A DNA stretch of 64,000 nt, from NCBI GenBank assembly GCA_012026655.1, contig JAAILG010000051.1, positions 1 through 64,000 on the forward strand, read 5' to 3'. Under the pieces are notes generated by a model. The model did not search any database and was not told the DNA's origin. It saw only the letters and a program-made list of their open reading frames with translations. The stretch comes from Hydrolagus affinis. Lineage: Eukaryota. Positions within the stretch are counted from its first letter, which is position 1, and every line of letters starts with the position of its first letter. The position numbers were made by a program, and so were the translations under genes. Below, piece after piece: positions 12,125 to 24,659 of this stretch.

Positions 12125-12450
12125 TTCCCAGTTTGAGGCACTCTTGCCTCTGAATTAAGAAGCTGGTGGATTCAAGCCCATATTATTATTTTGTCACTTA
12201 GTACTCAAGTCCAGGCTGGAACTGCAAGTACTGTGTTGGGGGGAGCATAACATTGCTGGAGGTGTTGCCTTTTGTACAATATATTAAACCAAAGTCCCAT
12301 TTTGCCTGTTCAGGTGATGTTAAAGATCCCATGACACTATTCGAAAAGGGAAGGGATTTTCTCCCTGTACTTTTTTTAATCCTCCAACCGCAGATGCCGA
12401 AATGCTTCCCCTCTCATTGTTTCCCTGCACGTCTGCTTGTTATTTACCAT
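12125..12450 (+). mobile_element. Old DeuSINE (SacSINE1/AmnSINE1-like)
   Basis: tRNA-like head followed by Deu core ...ggaggtgttgcctttt...ttaaacc...caggtgatgttaaagatcccatgacactattcgaa. Confidence 0.75.
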
Positions 12451-14419
12451 GTTGACCAGAATTAAAACTAAGTGGCTCCATTTTGCCCTCAAGTTTGACA
12501 CCTGGAAAACCAATTCAACAAGATAACATTTTAAGATGTATGGATTTGTAAACCATTGATAAAACGGCCACCCCAACTATCATAAATCTGCATGCCTTTA
12601 ATCAAGGAAATGAACTGGAATGTGGGTTGATGGTGTCAATAATGTTTGGATATTAAGATCAGGTTGAGCTGAATTCAGTTTGAGTTATTCATGCAATTGA
12701 ATAGAGAAGTGACTTTTTTATGACTTAGTTTGCTGATTGATTTTTGCAGAATTGTATCAGGAACCATATTTAATGGTAATTTATGCTAGTATTATCATAG
12801 CAAAGGTTTGTAAGTCAGTCCTCAAGATTGAAGTAACTTCACCCACGTAGGAAATTGAGAAACCTTATTATAATCTCACAATATTTCATACATGGTGGTA
12901 TATTATATGTCAGATAGTCTTTATAATGGTATAACATGTATCTGCTTTGCTCTGTTTCCACAAAACTTTTCACATGCCTCTTAACTCCAGTACTGTATAT
13001 GTTCCAGGGTGACTTCCCCTCTAATGTGACTGTCCTATCTTCATTGGTGACTTCAACCTCATTTAAATTTTGGAATTTTAGTGCTTAAAAATTAAACAAC
13101 GCTTATTTTGTCACCCAGTGCAAGTATCAGGCATTCATAAGAATTATTATTATTCATTCTCAGATCAATTATAGAATGGCTAAATACAAATTGAAGCATT
13201 TCTTAACTCTGGCCCAACCATTTACTTTTACTCCAACCTCAGAAAGCACCCTGTACTATTGTGTTTTTTGTTCCATTTCCCTGCCCAGCCACACAGCCAT
13301 CCTGTGATTATCATTCTAGTCTCAATTTGTGTCTCAGCAGCAGCTCTATTAATAGAGTCTGGGAGTTCCAGCATCCATTTTTTTGTGCTTTGCGCCTCAA
13401 ATAATAATTGAAATGTAATTTGTGGTAAGTACATTTTCAGTAGTTACTGTAAATCTAACTGCTTTACTTTAGATTTATAATCAGTACACAGAGATTGTCC
13501 GCTCTTTTCTATATTTCGAACCTCATCTTCTTCTGATTGTAAATTTGAGAGATAAATTTGAATGTAGGTTGATTTTTGTAACGTGTTTCACAGAATGTGT
13601 GTGATTGATATTGATGAAAATTTGATTGATCTGTCGAGCAAGTGGATGGAACTTTTTGGAGCTATTGATTCACGGAACAAATCTGTGCTAGTTATTCTAC
13701 TTTCTTTAGAACTTTAAACCATTTATTGCTGATGCTTCTTTGAAATTGTTAGCATAATCAGAGCTTAGTTTCAGCAAATACAGTATGAGCCACTTAGAGC
13801 AGCAGTGCTGAGACCATGTTGATTCAGGGACTGAATTATGCACATTAAACCTGAAATGATCCATTCCTAGATCACTCAGTGGCTCATGTACTTTGTTCAA
13901 AGCTACGAATGTAGTTTTTTTTCTTTTTAAATAAAATATGTAGTTGAACTTTCCTGAGCTTTGTTCTTTGTATTTTGAATGTTTGATGTAAATTCATTTA
14001 AGACAGTTCCAGTTTAATAAGGCACTGTTTTCTATGTTGATCAAAAATAATGTTCTAACTCTCATTATGGTTAAATTGTGATCATGGTGAAGTACATAAT
14101 GCACTTGATTTACTTCTACAAAGATTCACTGTGAAGGGGGGCTAAATCATGGTGACTAACTATTATGCTAATTATCTTATTCATTTCACAGTTATACATT
14201 TGTTTTTACACAAAAGTACTACAATGATGTAAAATTCTAGCAAATTTTGTTTCTTTGAAAATCCATCATAATATGGACAATGATTATTTGCAACTATTAT
14301 TGCTGCTGACAAGACCTTAGAATAGTTTTGCTTCCCGGCTTTGTGCTGAAAATTCTGGTTGTGTCAGTATTATTTTGATCAACATCTTCACTGACCATCA
14401 TTATGTCTGTTTATTTTAG

Positions 14420-14613
14420 CTCATCGCATCCGATGCTGATGAAGGCCAAAATGGAAATATCACCTACGAAATTCTGGCTGGAGATCATGGTGACTTTGTA
14501 ATAGATGATAACACTGGACTTATCACTATTGCACCTGGAGTTGCTTTAACTGTTGGGCGTTCCTATGCTCTAACTGTCACAGCAATAGACAATGCCCTGC
14601 CAGCTCAAAGAAG
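14420..14613 (+). CDS. PCDH15: PCDH15 exon (~exon 14, EC5), 194 nt
   Basis: ttttag|CTC...AG|gtaagc; [26 protein letters not shown]...DNALPAQR(R). Confidence 0.96.
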
Positions 14614-15709
14614 GTAAGCATTTCATGAACAAAGCAGGTCCTTACACTTACAACAACTTATTTTTCGCAAGTATAAAATAACACAAAATAATCATCGTCT
14701 ATATTTTGCTTTGGATTTTCAAAGCACCAAAATACGATAGAACCTTACACGACTTTTGTGCAAAGCCAAAAGTACAGGAAGCCAGATTAATGGACGGGTC
14801 CATCAGCTAGGTGAGGATGAGGATTCTCGTTGAATACTCGCCGAGAACGTGTCGGGATTGTAAGCAGATGGGTGTTGGTGAGAAGTTGGGATGAAGGCAA
14901 GAGGGGAGTTTGTGGGCTGGGAATGCTTGAAGGACTGGCTGTGGTTCTTAAGGCTTTGTCCTCTAGCCCAGGGCCTCTTCGAACACTTAATCCTTGCATT
15001 TTGCATTTTGATATAGCGGTTTTCACATCTTATCTTATCGACTTGTTCGAATAAAGAGTTGTGGTAACTACCCTTTAACTAAAAAAGAATCATTGTTCCT
15101 TTAAAACTTACTCGGCAGTGTTTGGTATCATGACGGGTTGGTCACCCTGTATATGTTTTTTTGAGAAAAAGGGGGAAATTTATATGTACATATTTGAGGT
15201 ATTTTGTTAATATAAAAGTTTTAAAAATAAATAAAACATGTTAAATGGATAAAACAGAATAACAGGAAATTCCCAGAAAATGAAACGGAAAAATAAATGA
15301 ATTTCTCGTGGCTCTACATATAGTGTGTAGGGCCTTTTATATAATGGTGTCTGCTCAAATATACCACAAAGTTTCACACAACATAATTGCTGCATCTTCA
15401 TCTTCATCTTCTTTTCGAAGGATTGCTAACCATATTCTTTGATGTGATTCTTTTCTTTATTTTGCAGAGAGCAGCCTTGAAAATTAATAATGATTTTTAT
15501 ACATTGCCATTTTCTGTGACTTGAGTTGTGGATCCTCCCTCAAAAAAATGACAGTTCCCAAGATGAAGTTGTTCTGTAATCTCACTCGAAAAACAAATGA
15601 ACAAATAACACACCCTTTCTTTTCCTTCAGATGTGTTATGACATATTGCAGAATTATTGAAAATGTACTTGGAAGTATTTGATGGCTGATCATACACTAT
15701 TTTCTGCAG

Positions 15710-15842
15710 AAACTCTATCACCACTGTTTATATTGAAGTCCTTCCTCCAAACAACCAGAGTCCACCAAGGTATCCACAGATGCTATACAACCTTGAAGTG
15801 AGTGAAGCTATGAGAACGGGGGCGACTTTGTTGAGTTTGCAG
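15710..15842 (+). CDS. PCDH15: PCDH15 exon (~exon 15, EC5-EC6), 133 nt
   Basis: ctgcag|A AAC...CAG|gtaaat; [44 protein letters not shown]. Confidence 0.96.
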
Positions 15843-15889
15843 GTAAATATAGATGTGTAAATTGTTCATTTTGCTCCATATCAGTTGAG

Positions 15890-16155
15890 ATGTTCAAAGC
15901 ATTCTAACCTCTGGGCCAGATGGTTGTGGATTGAAGCCACAATTAGGAATTTGAGCTCATAATCTGGGCTAAGACTCCAGTGAAATTGAGGTCTTGTGTG
16001 CCTGTAAAGGTGGATTTTAAAATCACTATTCAAAAGAAGAATGGTGTCTGACCAACAGTGCTCCAGATTATTTGGTTATTCACCTCATGACCATGTGGAA
16101 CTTTATTGGTGCAAATTACTGTTGTATTTCTACAAATACAGTGACTACTTTTTCG
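15890..16155 (+). mobile_element. Old DeuSINE (SacSINE1-like), degenerate
   Basis: ctctgggccagatggttgtggattgaagcc...gactccagtg...ggtggattttaaaatcactattcaaaagaaga...gtgcaaatt...acagtgactact. Confidence 0.65.
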
Positions 16156-16346
16156 GTTAATCATAAGTGCATTATTGAAGCACATCACAATTTCATTGTA
16201 CATTTAAAATCACAGTATCAATATTTTCATATTTATACTGTGACCTGTCATTGAACTAGAAAATTGGACTTCCATTGCAATTTATTGCAATACAATTCAG
16301 AGATTCTACTCACTTCTAATCTCCTAACCAAAACCTATCTTGAAGC

Positions 16347-17200
16347 AATAACAACAACAAAAAAAAAATTACATTTGTATAGCACCTTTCCCTTGGGGGA
16401 CAGTCCCAACACCCTGCACAGTCAGTGTTTCAGACCAGAGCTTTGGATTGGGGAGGGTGGAGATGGAAGGGAGGTGACTGATGGCATAGTCAAAGTGGAG
16501 GGTTTTAAGGCAGGACCTGAAAGAGGCTAGGGAAGGGATGAGGCAGAAGGTTTGCGGGATGAAATTCCAAAGGTTAGGGGCAGAGTGATTGATAGCTCGC
16601 CCGCCAATAGGGGCAGGCAGGTTGGGGGATATGGAGTAGGCCAGAGCCTGCTGGGCAGAGGGAGCGGATGAGAGTTTCAGAAGCCTGAGGGATGAGGTGG
16701 TGGTGGAGTCGGGCAATGTTGCAAAGGTGAGGGAAGGCAGAGCGGGTCATAGCATGGATGTGGATGAGAAAAGACAATTGAGGATCGCACAAGATATCTA
16801 GATTCTTGACTGGCTAGGTGAGATGGAGTGTGCAACCATGGAGGTTGATGCTGCCGGTGCTTGAGGTGTGGAGGCGTTGGCACGAGCCAATCAAAAGGTA
16901 TTTGAGACGTTGGATGGAGGAGACAGCTGGTGGTAGAGAAGAGGAGCCTGGGCTTATCCTTCACCTCCAAGATTAGAAGGAAGATGTGGCTGAGGTGAGG
17001 GCGGGCGATAGATCTTGGTGTGATCAAGCCAAATCTGCCGATGGACCATTAGTTTGGATTTGGTCCAGGTGCCTTGAGGGATCGGAGATGGCTGGTGTAC
17101 AGGGGGATTTACGGAAATATGAACCAGTTCGGGAGATGAGGGGGGCAAGGGAATCAGGGATGGAGGAATTGTTGAGAAAAGAGAGTGAAGATGGTAGATC
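16347..17200 (-). mobile_element. L2 LINE fragment with 3' end
   Basis: (GTT)n tail at left on - strand; ORF2 remnants IGGRAINHSAPNLWN, TRSAFPHLCNIARL; internal deletions. Confidence 0.9.
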
Positions 17201-18272
17201 AGTACATCATATTTCAGGTAAGTATTTAACTCTCGCCAAAACATGTTGAATGTACAATTGAGCATTTAAGGCTAATGCAGCTTCATTGTGGGGTTCCCGA
17301 TTAGCAGAATTACTGGCAACATCCATAGTTTGATACAAATGTAATTTTGTTGATTTGTTTAAAAGGGTTGCAAAGAGCAATACAGTTATTTATAATATTT
17401 TTATTTCCATGATTTATTTCTTCTAATAGATTTGTTTTCTGAATATCTCCTTAATGGTACTAGTTTGCAGAAGTTACTGGCCGCTGCAGCGTGAAAGACT
17501 AATATGCACAGATGAAATTGAGCTTGCTGACTTAATAACTATCTTTTGAATAATTTAGCTGCCTCCATGCTGTGGAGGTCAGTAATTGCACAAGCCTGAC
17601 TTTGCACCTTTGCATTCCTCATGTGTTCTCAGTACACATCGTGGCTTGTATAATGTAGGAGAAACCTTCCTTTTTTTGTACAAACAGGAGAGCAGTAATT
17701 TTAAATGTTCCAATGTCCCATGTTTTCTTTAGATATAAAATAGTATTGATTAAAAAGTTATTTTAAAAATTGCTTAGATTACAGAGGGTAACCCAATTTG
17801 GACACATTTATTGAATGGTTTGGTACCAGCTGTAACATTTTCTTGACCCTGCCCCATGGCTCTTATGAACTGTCAAAAATATTCATCCACGGGTTCATTT
17901 ATTTTTATAAACTCAGAAATTGCTGTTGACAGCAGAAATGAGACACAAAGTTGGTCAGAAAGTCAAGTCAATAATTTTAATTTAGCATTTTTGCACTGAA
18001 TTGAAGCAGTCACCGTATAATTTGCTTGTGGTAAGTAGATGGGAATGTCGAAATGAATGAGAGGCTAGCACAGATCATAAACTGTGCATTAGGTTGATCA
18101 TCTTTGGAAAATATTTGCAAGCTATTGAAATAAACCAGGCTGACATATGTTATGTTAGATTATCATATAAGCTTGAAAGGATATATTTTACATTTAACAG
18201 CTGTAAGATTTTGTTTTTTTAGAATGCCAACAGCATAGCTTCCAGTTATGCAAAAATGGGATCTCGCTTTCA

Positions 18273-18688
18273 AATAATAATTATCAATCTTCATTTGATA
18301 TAGTGCTTTTCACATCTTCTGGACATCTCAAAGCACTTCATAGCAGCAGCCAATTGCACACAACAACAAAATATAACAGAATTACATTTATAGAGTGCCC
18401 TTCTCGCCAGGAGGACGTCCCAAGGCACTATAGTGTCCCACAGCAGTGTCTCACAAACAGTCTTGGATTGAGTGAACAAATTATTATTCTTTTTTATTAT
18501 TTTTTGAGGGATTATTATCCTCGGAAAAGTGATCCAAAAATCGACTAATAACCAGGTTTCTACTTACTGCTAGGTAAACAGAGGCTTGTGGAGTAAGGAA
18601 ACTTGACCAACATTTCACCCTGCCGGGAATCAAACCCAGGTTTCCCACTTACAGGCCGAGTTTTCTAACCACTGAGTTACAGATCTCT
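18273..18688 (-). mobile_element. tRNA-SINE, long subfamily, interrupted by an L2 tail (18359-18440)
   Basis: Homologous to the 36600 copy including its ~64-bp central block; nested L2 3' end. Confidence 0.88.
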
Positions 18689-19554
18689 TGAAGTTCCCAT
18701 TAATATGTTTAATTGATAACATAAGAAGTTATTCCCTTTTCCCACCTTGGAGCGTGGGCCTGAATTTCTCTTCAGTTAGTGGGGCATCCTGCTCCTTTTC
18801 CTCCTACTCTCCAGGTATCCCTTCCATAAGATTCCCCCTTCAGTATTTTCTTTAAAAAAAATGTAATACCTGAAACCATCAGATACATTTTGGAATCAAT
18901 TAATAAATGTATTTGGTATGCTTGCCCCCCAGTATAAATTGGCTAACTCCGCTTGGATTTTGACAGTGAGTCTCCAAACAAGTGATGTTCTAGGTATTAA
19001 CTTGTATTGCTTCAGATTCAGCTGTGTATGTTAAATCAGTTGGTTCACCTTTCAAGTTCATCAACTCCTCCAGGCAAGATCCGTATCTGTGTTATCGTTA
19101 ATCACTGTTTAAGCACAAATATCCTACAATAATCAATAGCCACAAGTACATAAAATGTTTAAAAAAAAGTTTTACAAACAAAACTGGCCAATAGTGAATT
19201 CGTATTTTTAGTAAGTATAATGTTTCTGCAGAATCAAATCATAATACAGTACAATAGTGAAGAGAGAGCAACACTGCATTAAACAGCAAGACCTTTTATT
19301 GATGCTGGTAACATTGTTAAGTTCAAATATTTATTGCCAAATGAGAACTACAAAGCATGTTGATTCAGGGACAGTGCTGCGTTGCTCACTGAATTATTTA
19401 AATCTGTGAAAAGGACATTTTCATCCAGAGTGTATTTCTCTTTTATGTTTTTTCTTTGTTATATACCTTCTAAACCACTCTGCTAATGAAAACTGAGGAT
19501 TACCTAACTTTAGCTCTCAGTTAGCAGCGCACCTTTCTGCAAGTTCAAACTACA

Positions 19555-19675
19555 TATTGGTGCTTGAACAAATTTTCTCAGTGACACTCCAGTGCAGTAC
19601 CAGATGAAGTGCTCCATTGACTGGGGAGCTGCTACTTTTTGGATATGATGTTAAATCAAGGCCCAGGATACCTGT
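19555..19675 (+). mobile_element. Old DeuSINE fragment
   Basis: gtgacactccagtgcagtac...gtgctccattg...gatgttaaatcaaggccc. Confidence 0.7.
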
Positions 19676-20129
19676 GCTGCTGAAAGGGATGGCTGTTGGA
19701 TAAGAAAAGGAGTCAGATAAAATGCCCTCCTCCCCTCCATTGTCAAATTGACTGCCAAAATCTGCTGTTGAGACCTACGCATAAATAATGAGCTCCTGGG
19801 TGTAGTATTTGAAGCATTGGAGAAGCTGTGAGAAAAAAATGAATCAAATTTCTTCGGGGAGAATGGCAAAAACTGACACGGAAACAGAAATGCCCTACAG
19901 AAATATGCCGCTGCTGTGTGCCGTTTAGAATGCCGAAGTCACTATTCATCTGTATCAAACGGCCATGTCAATGTGCAATGCACAAGAGTGTTGAGTTGTG
20001 ACAGTTTCAACAGTCTGCTCCCACTCTTTAGAGTTTGCTGCTTCACATGTTCCCCGAACTGATTCCCTTCCTTAGAATTTTTCAAACCCTTTCTGACCAG
20101 GTTGAAAATATGCATTCAAGGGAGACTTG

Positions 20130-20252
20130 AAGGAGAGCAATAAAGAAAGAGTATGGGAAAGAGTATTGACATTCAGATATGTGGCTCTGGTGGAGGAAAT
20201 ATCACCAACATTAGTGGGCTGAATGGCCTCGTCCTATAGTGTAATTTCTGTG
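20130..20252 (+). mobile_element. CR1 3' UTR fragment
   Basis: tgggctgaatggcctcgtcctatagtgtaatttctgtg CR1 terminus. Confidence 0.65.
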
Positions 20253-20349
20253 GATCGTCCACAGGAGCTCCAGTTATAAATCAGTTCCATTGTTTATATT
20301 TGTGTTATAATTATAGTGCATTACTACTTCATGTCCTATTTATTTTTAG

Positions 20350-20429
20350 GCCACTGATCGTGAAGGAGATCTCATCACCTATCGCATTCAGAATGGAGAT
20401 CCACAGCAGGTCTTTAACATCACTCAAAA
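20350..20429 (+). CDS. PCDH15: PCDH15 exon (~exon 16, EC6), 80 nt
   Basis: ttttag|GCC...AA|gtaagg; ATDREGDLITYRIQNGDPQQVFNITQ(N). Confidence 0.96.
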
Positions 20430-21481
20430 GTAAGGAATTTGTTTAATATTAGATGTGTGATGGTGTCTGATAATCATTATTATTTGATTAATTTTCATGT
20501 TTTAATTAAATAATTATTTTATAACACCATCAAATTCTGTACCTTCATGTTAACTGCATGATATGCTGTAAACGTGCGGGTGCAGCAACTGAATAATCTG
20601 TAATAGTTGAGTTTTCCTTAATTAACGCTGGCAAAATAAGCAGTGTTCATGGATCATTGATTCACTGTAATTGACAGCAAAGTGTAGACACATTGATATA
20701 AATATCAAAGTTATGCAGATACTGCAGTTTTACTGGATGTTTTTGTTTAGAAAAGGGTCCCCAAAATCCATCATGATGAAAATTTGGCTGCTAATGGGGC
20801 TGGATGCCAAGTACTAGCACACATTGTAATCTCTTTGCATTTGACGTGAAGAATTTCCCAAAGCATATTTCATTTATGGGTAATACATGATTGAGATTAT
20901 TAAATAGGTGTTTGCCTTAAAACTGCTCAAAGCACTTTGTGAAGTGCAAATTGACTTCTGGATTAGTTATCCACATAAGACTAACTGCAGTGTCTCCTTT
21001 AGTAAATGCGAGGGAAATGAAAGCAACAGATTCAACAACAACATCTTGCATTTTTTTAAACTAATTCCCCGAAGGACAGTTCTCAGCTTTCTCAGAGAAA
21101 CAAATTGGAACCAATTACACCTGATATTTGTGCATATGTTTGTTATGGGAATTAGATATTAACAAAAACAAATATTGGTACATTATATGCAAATTCAGGA
21201 ATAGAGATTGTGTCAACCTATCTTTGGAAATATAGGTGCATATCTGTCATGAAGACTAACAGAGGCCACAGATTTCTTTGTATATATTCTGTGCAGAAAC
21301 TACCTGAGTGCATTATGCCATTGAATATGCAAAAAAATTCCTTAGAATTGCATGATAGAAGCCCATTTTGACTGTGTGACGCCATTTGTTTTTGATTCTT
21401 AATACAATACAATTCTACAGTCTGTTTATAGGGTCATAAATGTTCATTTTATTCTTTTACCGCACTTTTTTCTCATCCCAG

Positions 21482-21575
21482 CAGTGGACTGCTCATCTTA
21501 GGAAAACCTCTGGATAAGGAAAGTACTGATCGATATATACTTATTGTAACAGCTTCTGATGGCAGGCCTGATTCG
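21482..21575 (+). CDS. PCDH15: PCDH15 exon (~exon 17, EC6), 94 nt
   Basis: cccag|C AGT...TCG|gtaagt; [31 protein letters not shown]. Confidence 0.95.
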
Positions 21576-22394
21576 GTAAGTTAGTTAGACTCTTAAGATT
21601 GAAAGTTGTTTTATATTGTTTCTCGTGATCCGTTAGCTTCCATAAGTAAGTATTTGATACTGTTCGAGAAACTCATGTTCACTGTTTGGAATAGTGACTT
21701 TACCTTTATAAAAATAATCACAGGTGGGTGTTGTCATATTGGCAAAATACCAACATCATTTCCAGCAATTTATTTTAGCATTATATATAATATTAGTCTT
21801 AGAAATGGGTATGGAATTTACTTAATCCAATATCTCCTAAGTATGCAGCTATACTCTTGCCATAGTGAGACTGGTTGCTCATAGGCATTGACTTGAACCT
21901 TTTGTTGGAATATTCTCCTTGAGTAAATGAATTCTAACAAAAAGAATATCTTACAAATGTATGTGGCAATCTGCCCAATATGCATCTTGGAAACTCCCAG
22001 TGCTCAAGGTTTACTTGATCATACTAGGTCATCTTATAGCTCAGAAAGTGATTCTGTGTCACTGCAAGGATCAATGATACACTATTTGGGGGCTTTTGTT
22101 GGAATAAAATAAACCAATGACTTCCTATGAAAAGATCATATGCCATATGAAAGATCAAAGTTGAAATATAATGGCCCTCTGGTGCCCATTTATTGAAGCC
22201 ATAAGTGGATCAGATTCTTTAATGGAGGGATTATAGTGGTTCTTTGGGATGTTTCCACATTAAGATCTATGCTATTACAGATTTATTCATATTGGTTGCT
22301 CTTTGCAATTACTCAACATGCTTTGCTTTAGCAGCTCCTTTTTGTATTATGGATTTTAGGTTCAATATCTACGCATATTATTGCATTGCTTAAT

Positions 22395-22490
22395 GTCCTG
22401 ATTATACTGCTGGAAGTGAAGCAATATTGCTTCCAGCAGTGAAGCAATTAGGAGCAAGAAACTTAATTTATACATTGAATTGACCAGGAG
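22395..22490 (+). repeat. Unclassified dispersed hairpin repeat, copy 1
   Basis: ACTGCTGGAAG...CTTCCAGCAGT hairpin plus downstream flank; second copy at 42570. Confidence 0.8.
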
Positions 22491-22719
22491 AATTCTGGAC
22501 TTGCACATACAATAATCGCTGTTGCTTGTTCAATATTTTGAAGCAATCACCAAGCAATTGACCCTTCAAAGCATTACAAATGTTGTTCTTTGGTGGTTCT
22601 TTGGCCATCCATTGGTCCAGCTGAGGACTTTTAAGGAATAATTTCTGTCAAGATCCTGAACTGAGTTTCACTAGCTGCCGTTATAATCCAGAGATAAGAA
22701 TTTCTAATAAAGAGATGTC

Positions 22720-22795
22720 AGCCTGGTTCTGTTGGTAGCTTTCTTCCTCTGAGTCAAAGGATTGTGAATTCAAACACTATATTGAGATTTTGAAT
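22720..22795 (+). mobile_element. Old DeuSINE tRNA head
   Basis: gttggtagctttcttcctctgagtcaaaggattgtgaattcaaac, similar to the heads at 12125, 15890 and 35205. Confidence 0.55.
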
Positions 22796-24582
22796 TCTTT
22801 GAACTATTCCGTTGCTTGTCTCTGAACTCTTTCCATTGCTGCAATGTATTTTTCAAGAAATTGTGAACCACTGCGCACAGTGTGAATTCAATGATTTATA
22901 CAAGCCTAGAATAGTTTATTTTTCAATATCTCTTTTTACTGATAACTTTTTTGTTTCATTTTTCAAGAATAATCTTAAGATGTAACCTGATAATACAATT
23001 TTCTCTGAAAACATGATTAATAGTAGCATATATTCCCTTTTTATTCTCCATAAGCTTGAAGAACAACTCTTCATTTTATACATACAGTATTGTATTTATT
23101 GTTTATTGTGCCAAAGTGCACTCTTGTATTTGTCTGCAATATCGACCTTCCCCTTCTTTGGCTGTCTGTCGATTTAGACTGGATCTTACTGGTACTATTC
23201 TTATTTCTTGTATTCATCTGAGATGGCTTAATATATTTTAGCAAGTATCATGCGTAGAGAATTTGAGCCCTCCTCATCATTGCCCCAATGACAGAACATT
23301 TTCAATTTAACCAATGTCTTTTGCTGACAGTTTTCAATTCAACTGGCTAATTTTTCATTCATTCCATGAACTGTAGCTGTCTTTCGAGGTCTCAAATGTG
23401 ATTTTTGAAAAGCATTCAAATAACTTTGAATCAATTTCAGAAAACATATTTGACACATACTCAACTGTAACAATTTTCTCTGTACGATTTTAAAAAAAAC
23501 GAAGTTAGTTGCCAACAATATAAATATTTTTCAAAAACCCATCGGTTCGCATCAGCAAAAGTTCGGTGCTGTATATAAAAATCATCATTTCTTTAATGTG
23601 CTGTCCCAAGGGTACAATCTGCCTGGAAGAAATCACAGCTGAAGGATTTTATTGTTTGCCTGATTCCGTTTTGCTTCTCTGAAACAGACAATTCAGAAAA
23701 CAAGTGAAGGCCAAAATAGGGTTTGATGCAGTGAACGAAAGCTCATGGGTCTTTCTAACAAAGAGGGAAATAAAAGTGCTATAAGTGCCACTGTACCAGT
23801 CTCTGCAGCATAATGGTCAGAACCAAGAATCCTCTTATCTTCTTTAATGCTCCCTGAAACAGAAGTGCCCATCTTTGATGGTTGCAATTTAAAATGAGTC
23901 AGTATGTGATAGAATAACTAAAGCAGCTCATTACGCAAGGGTAATCAGTTTTTAAAAAAAAAGTAAATTGCAGATAGATTGAATCAGCAATGCTTTGCAG
24001 TTATTCTGGTATCTACTTGCGCAGCAATTACCAGCAGAACACAAAATGTACTCATAGACTTGTGTCGAACTCAGGCTTGTTTTTTTCTACCATCCTTTTT
24101 ATTGATGACTGATGCACACTGCAATATAATAAATAAAAATAGTTTATCAAGGAATGTTTAATTAGGATTGTATCCACATCTTTTAAGTGAGTGATTCTCT
24201 GCTTTGGTTTCTGCTGGCCGTCTCCGAAGTAATCTTCCTGTCACTCACCAGCTAGCCAGTCAACTGTGCGGAGAGGAGGGAAGCAGTGCTTTGGGGCAAA
24301 CTCATACTTTGCGTGTGCATCAGCCCATAGACTTGTGCAGTGAAAAAGCATCTAAGTGTCAGGAGCTGGGCTCATGCAGCAGAAATGTTCCAGTAGATGG
24401 ACTTGATAAATTTAGCTGTTTATAGTGGCCAGATGTTATCTCTGACTTTCTCATCAGCTCAGCTTAGATTTGACTACATTGCCTTCCCAAGAGCTATATC
24501 AAATGTAAGGATTATTATTATTCTCAAACTCAATTCAGTCTCTGCTCTGGATCTTTGTTGGAAGTCTATGAAAACTGCTGGT

Positions 24583-24585
<3 letters not shown>

Positions 24586-24614
<29 letters not shown>
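24586..24614. repeat. (AT)n microsatellite
   Basis: Direct reading. Confidence 0.95.
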
Positions 24615-24659
24615 CTGTATATGTCAGGATCATAATTGTATCAGTCTTGCTACCTGAAC

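Noticed and set aside
19790-19940. Possible Harbinger Myb/SANT remnant (FEALEKL*EKNESNFFGE)
   Set aside because: Similarity too short and interrupted by stops; cannot be supported without a profile search.
22800-23900. Very old minus-strand CR1 remnant
   Set aside because: Only scattered weak resemblance; boundaries and family could not be supported.
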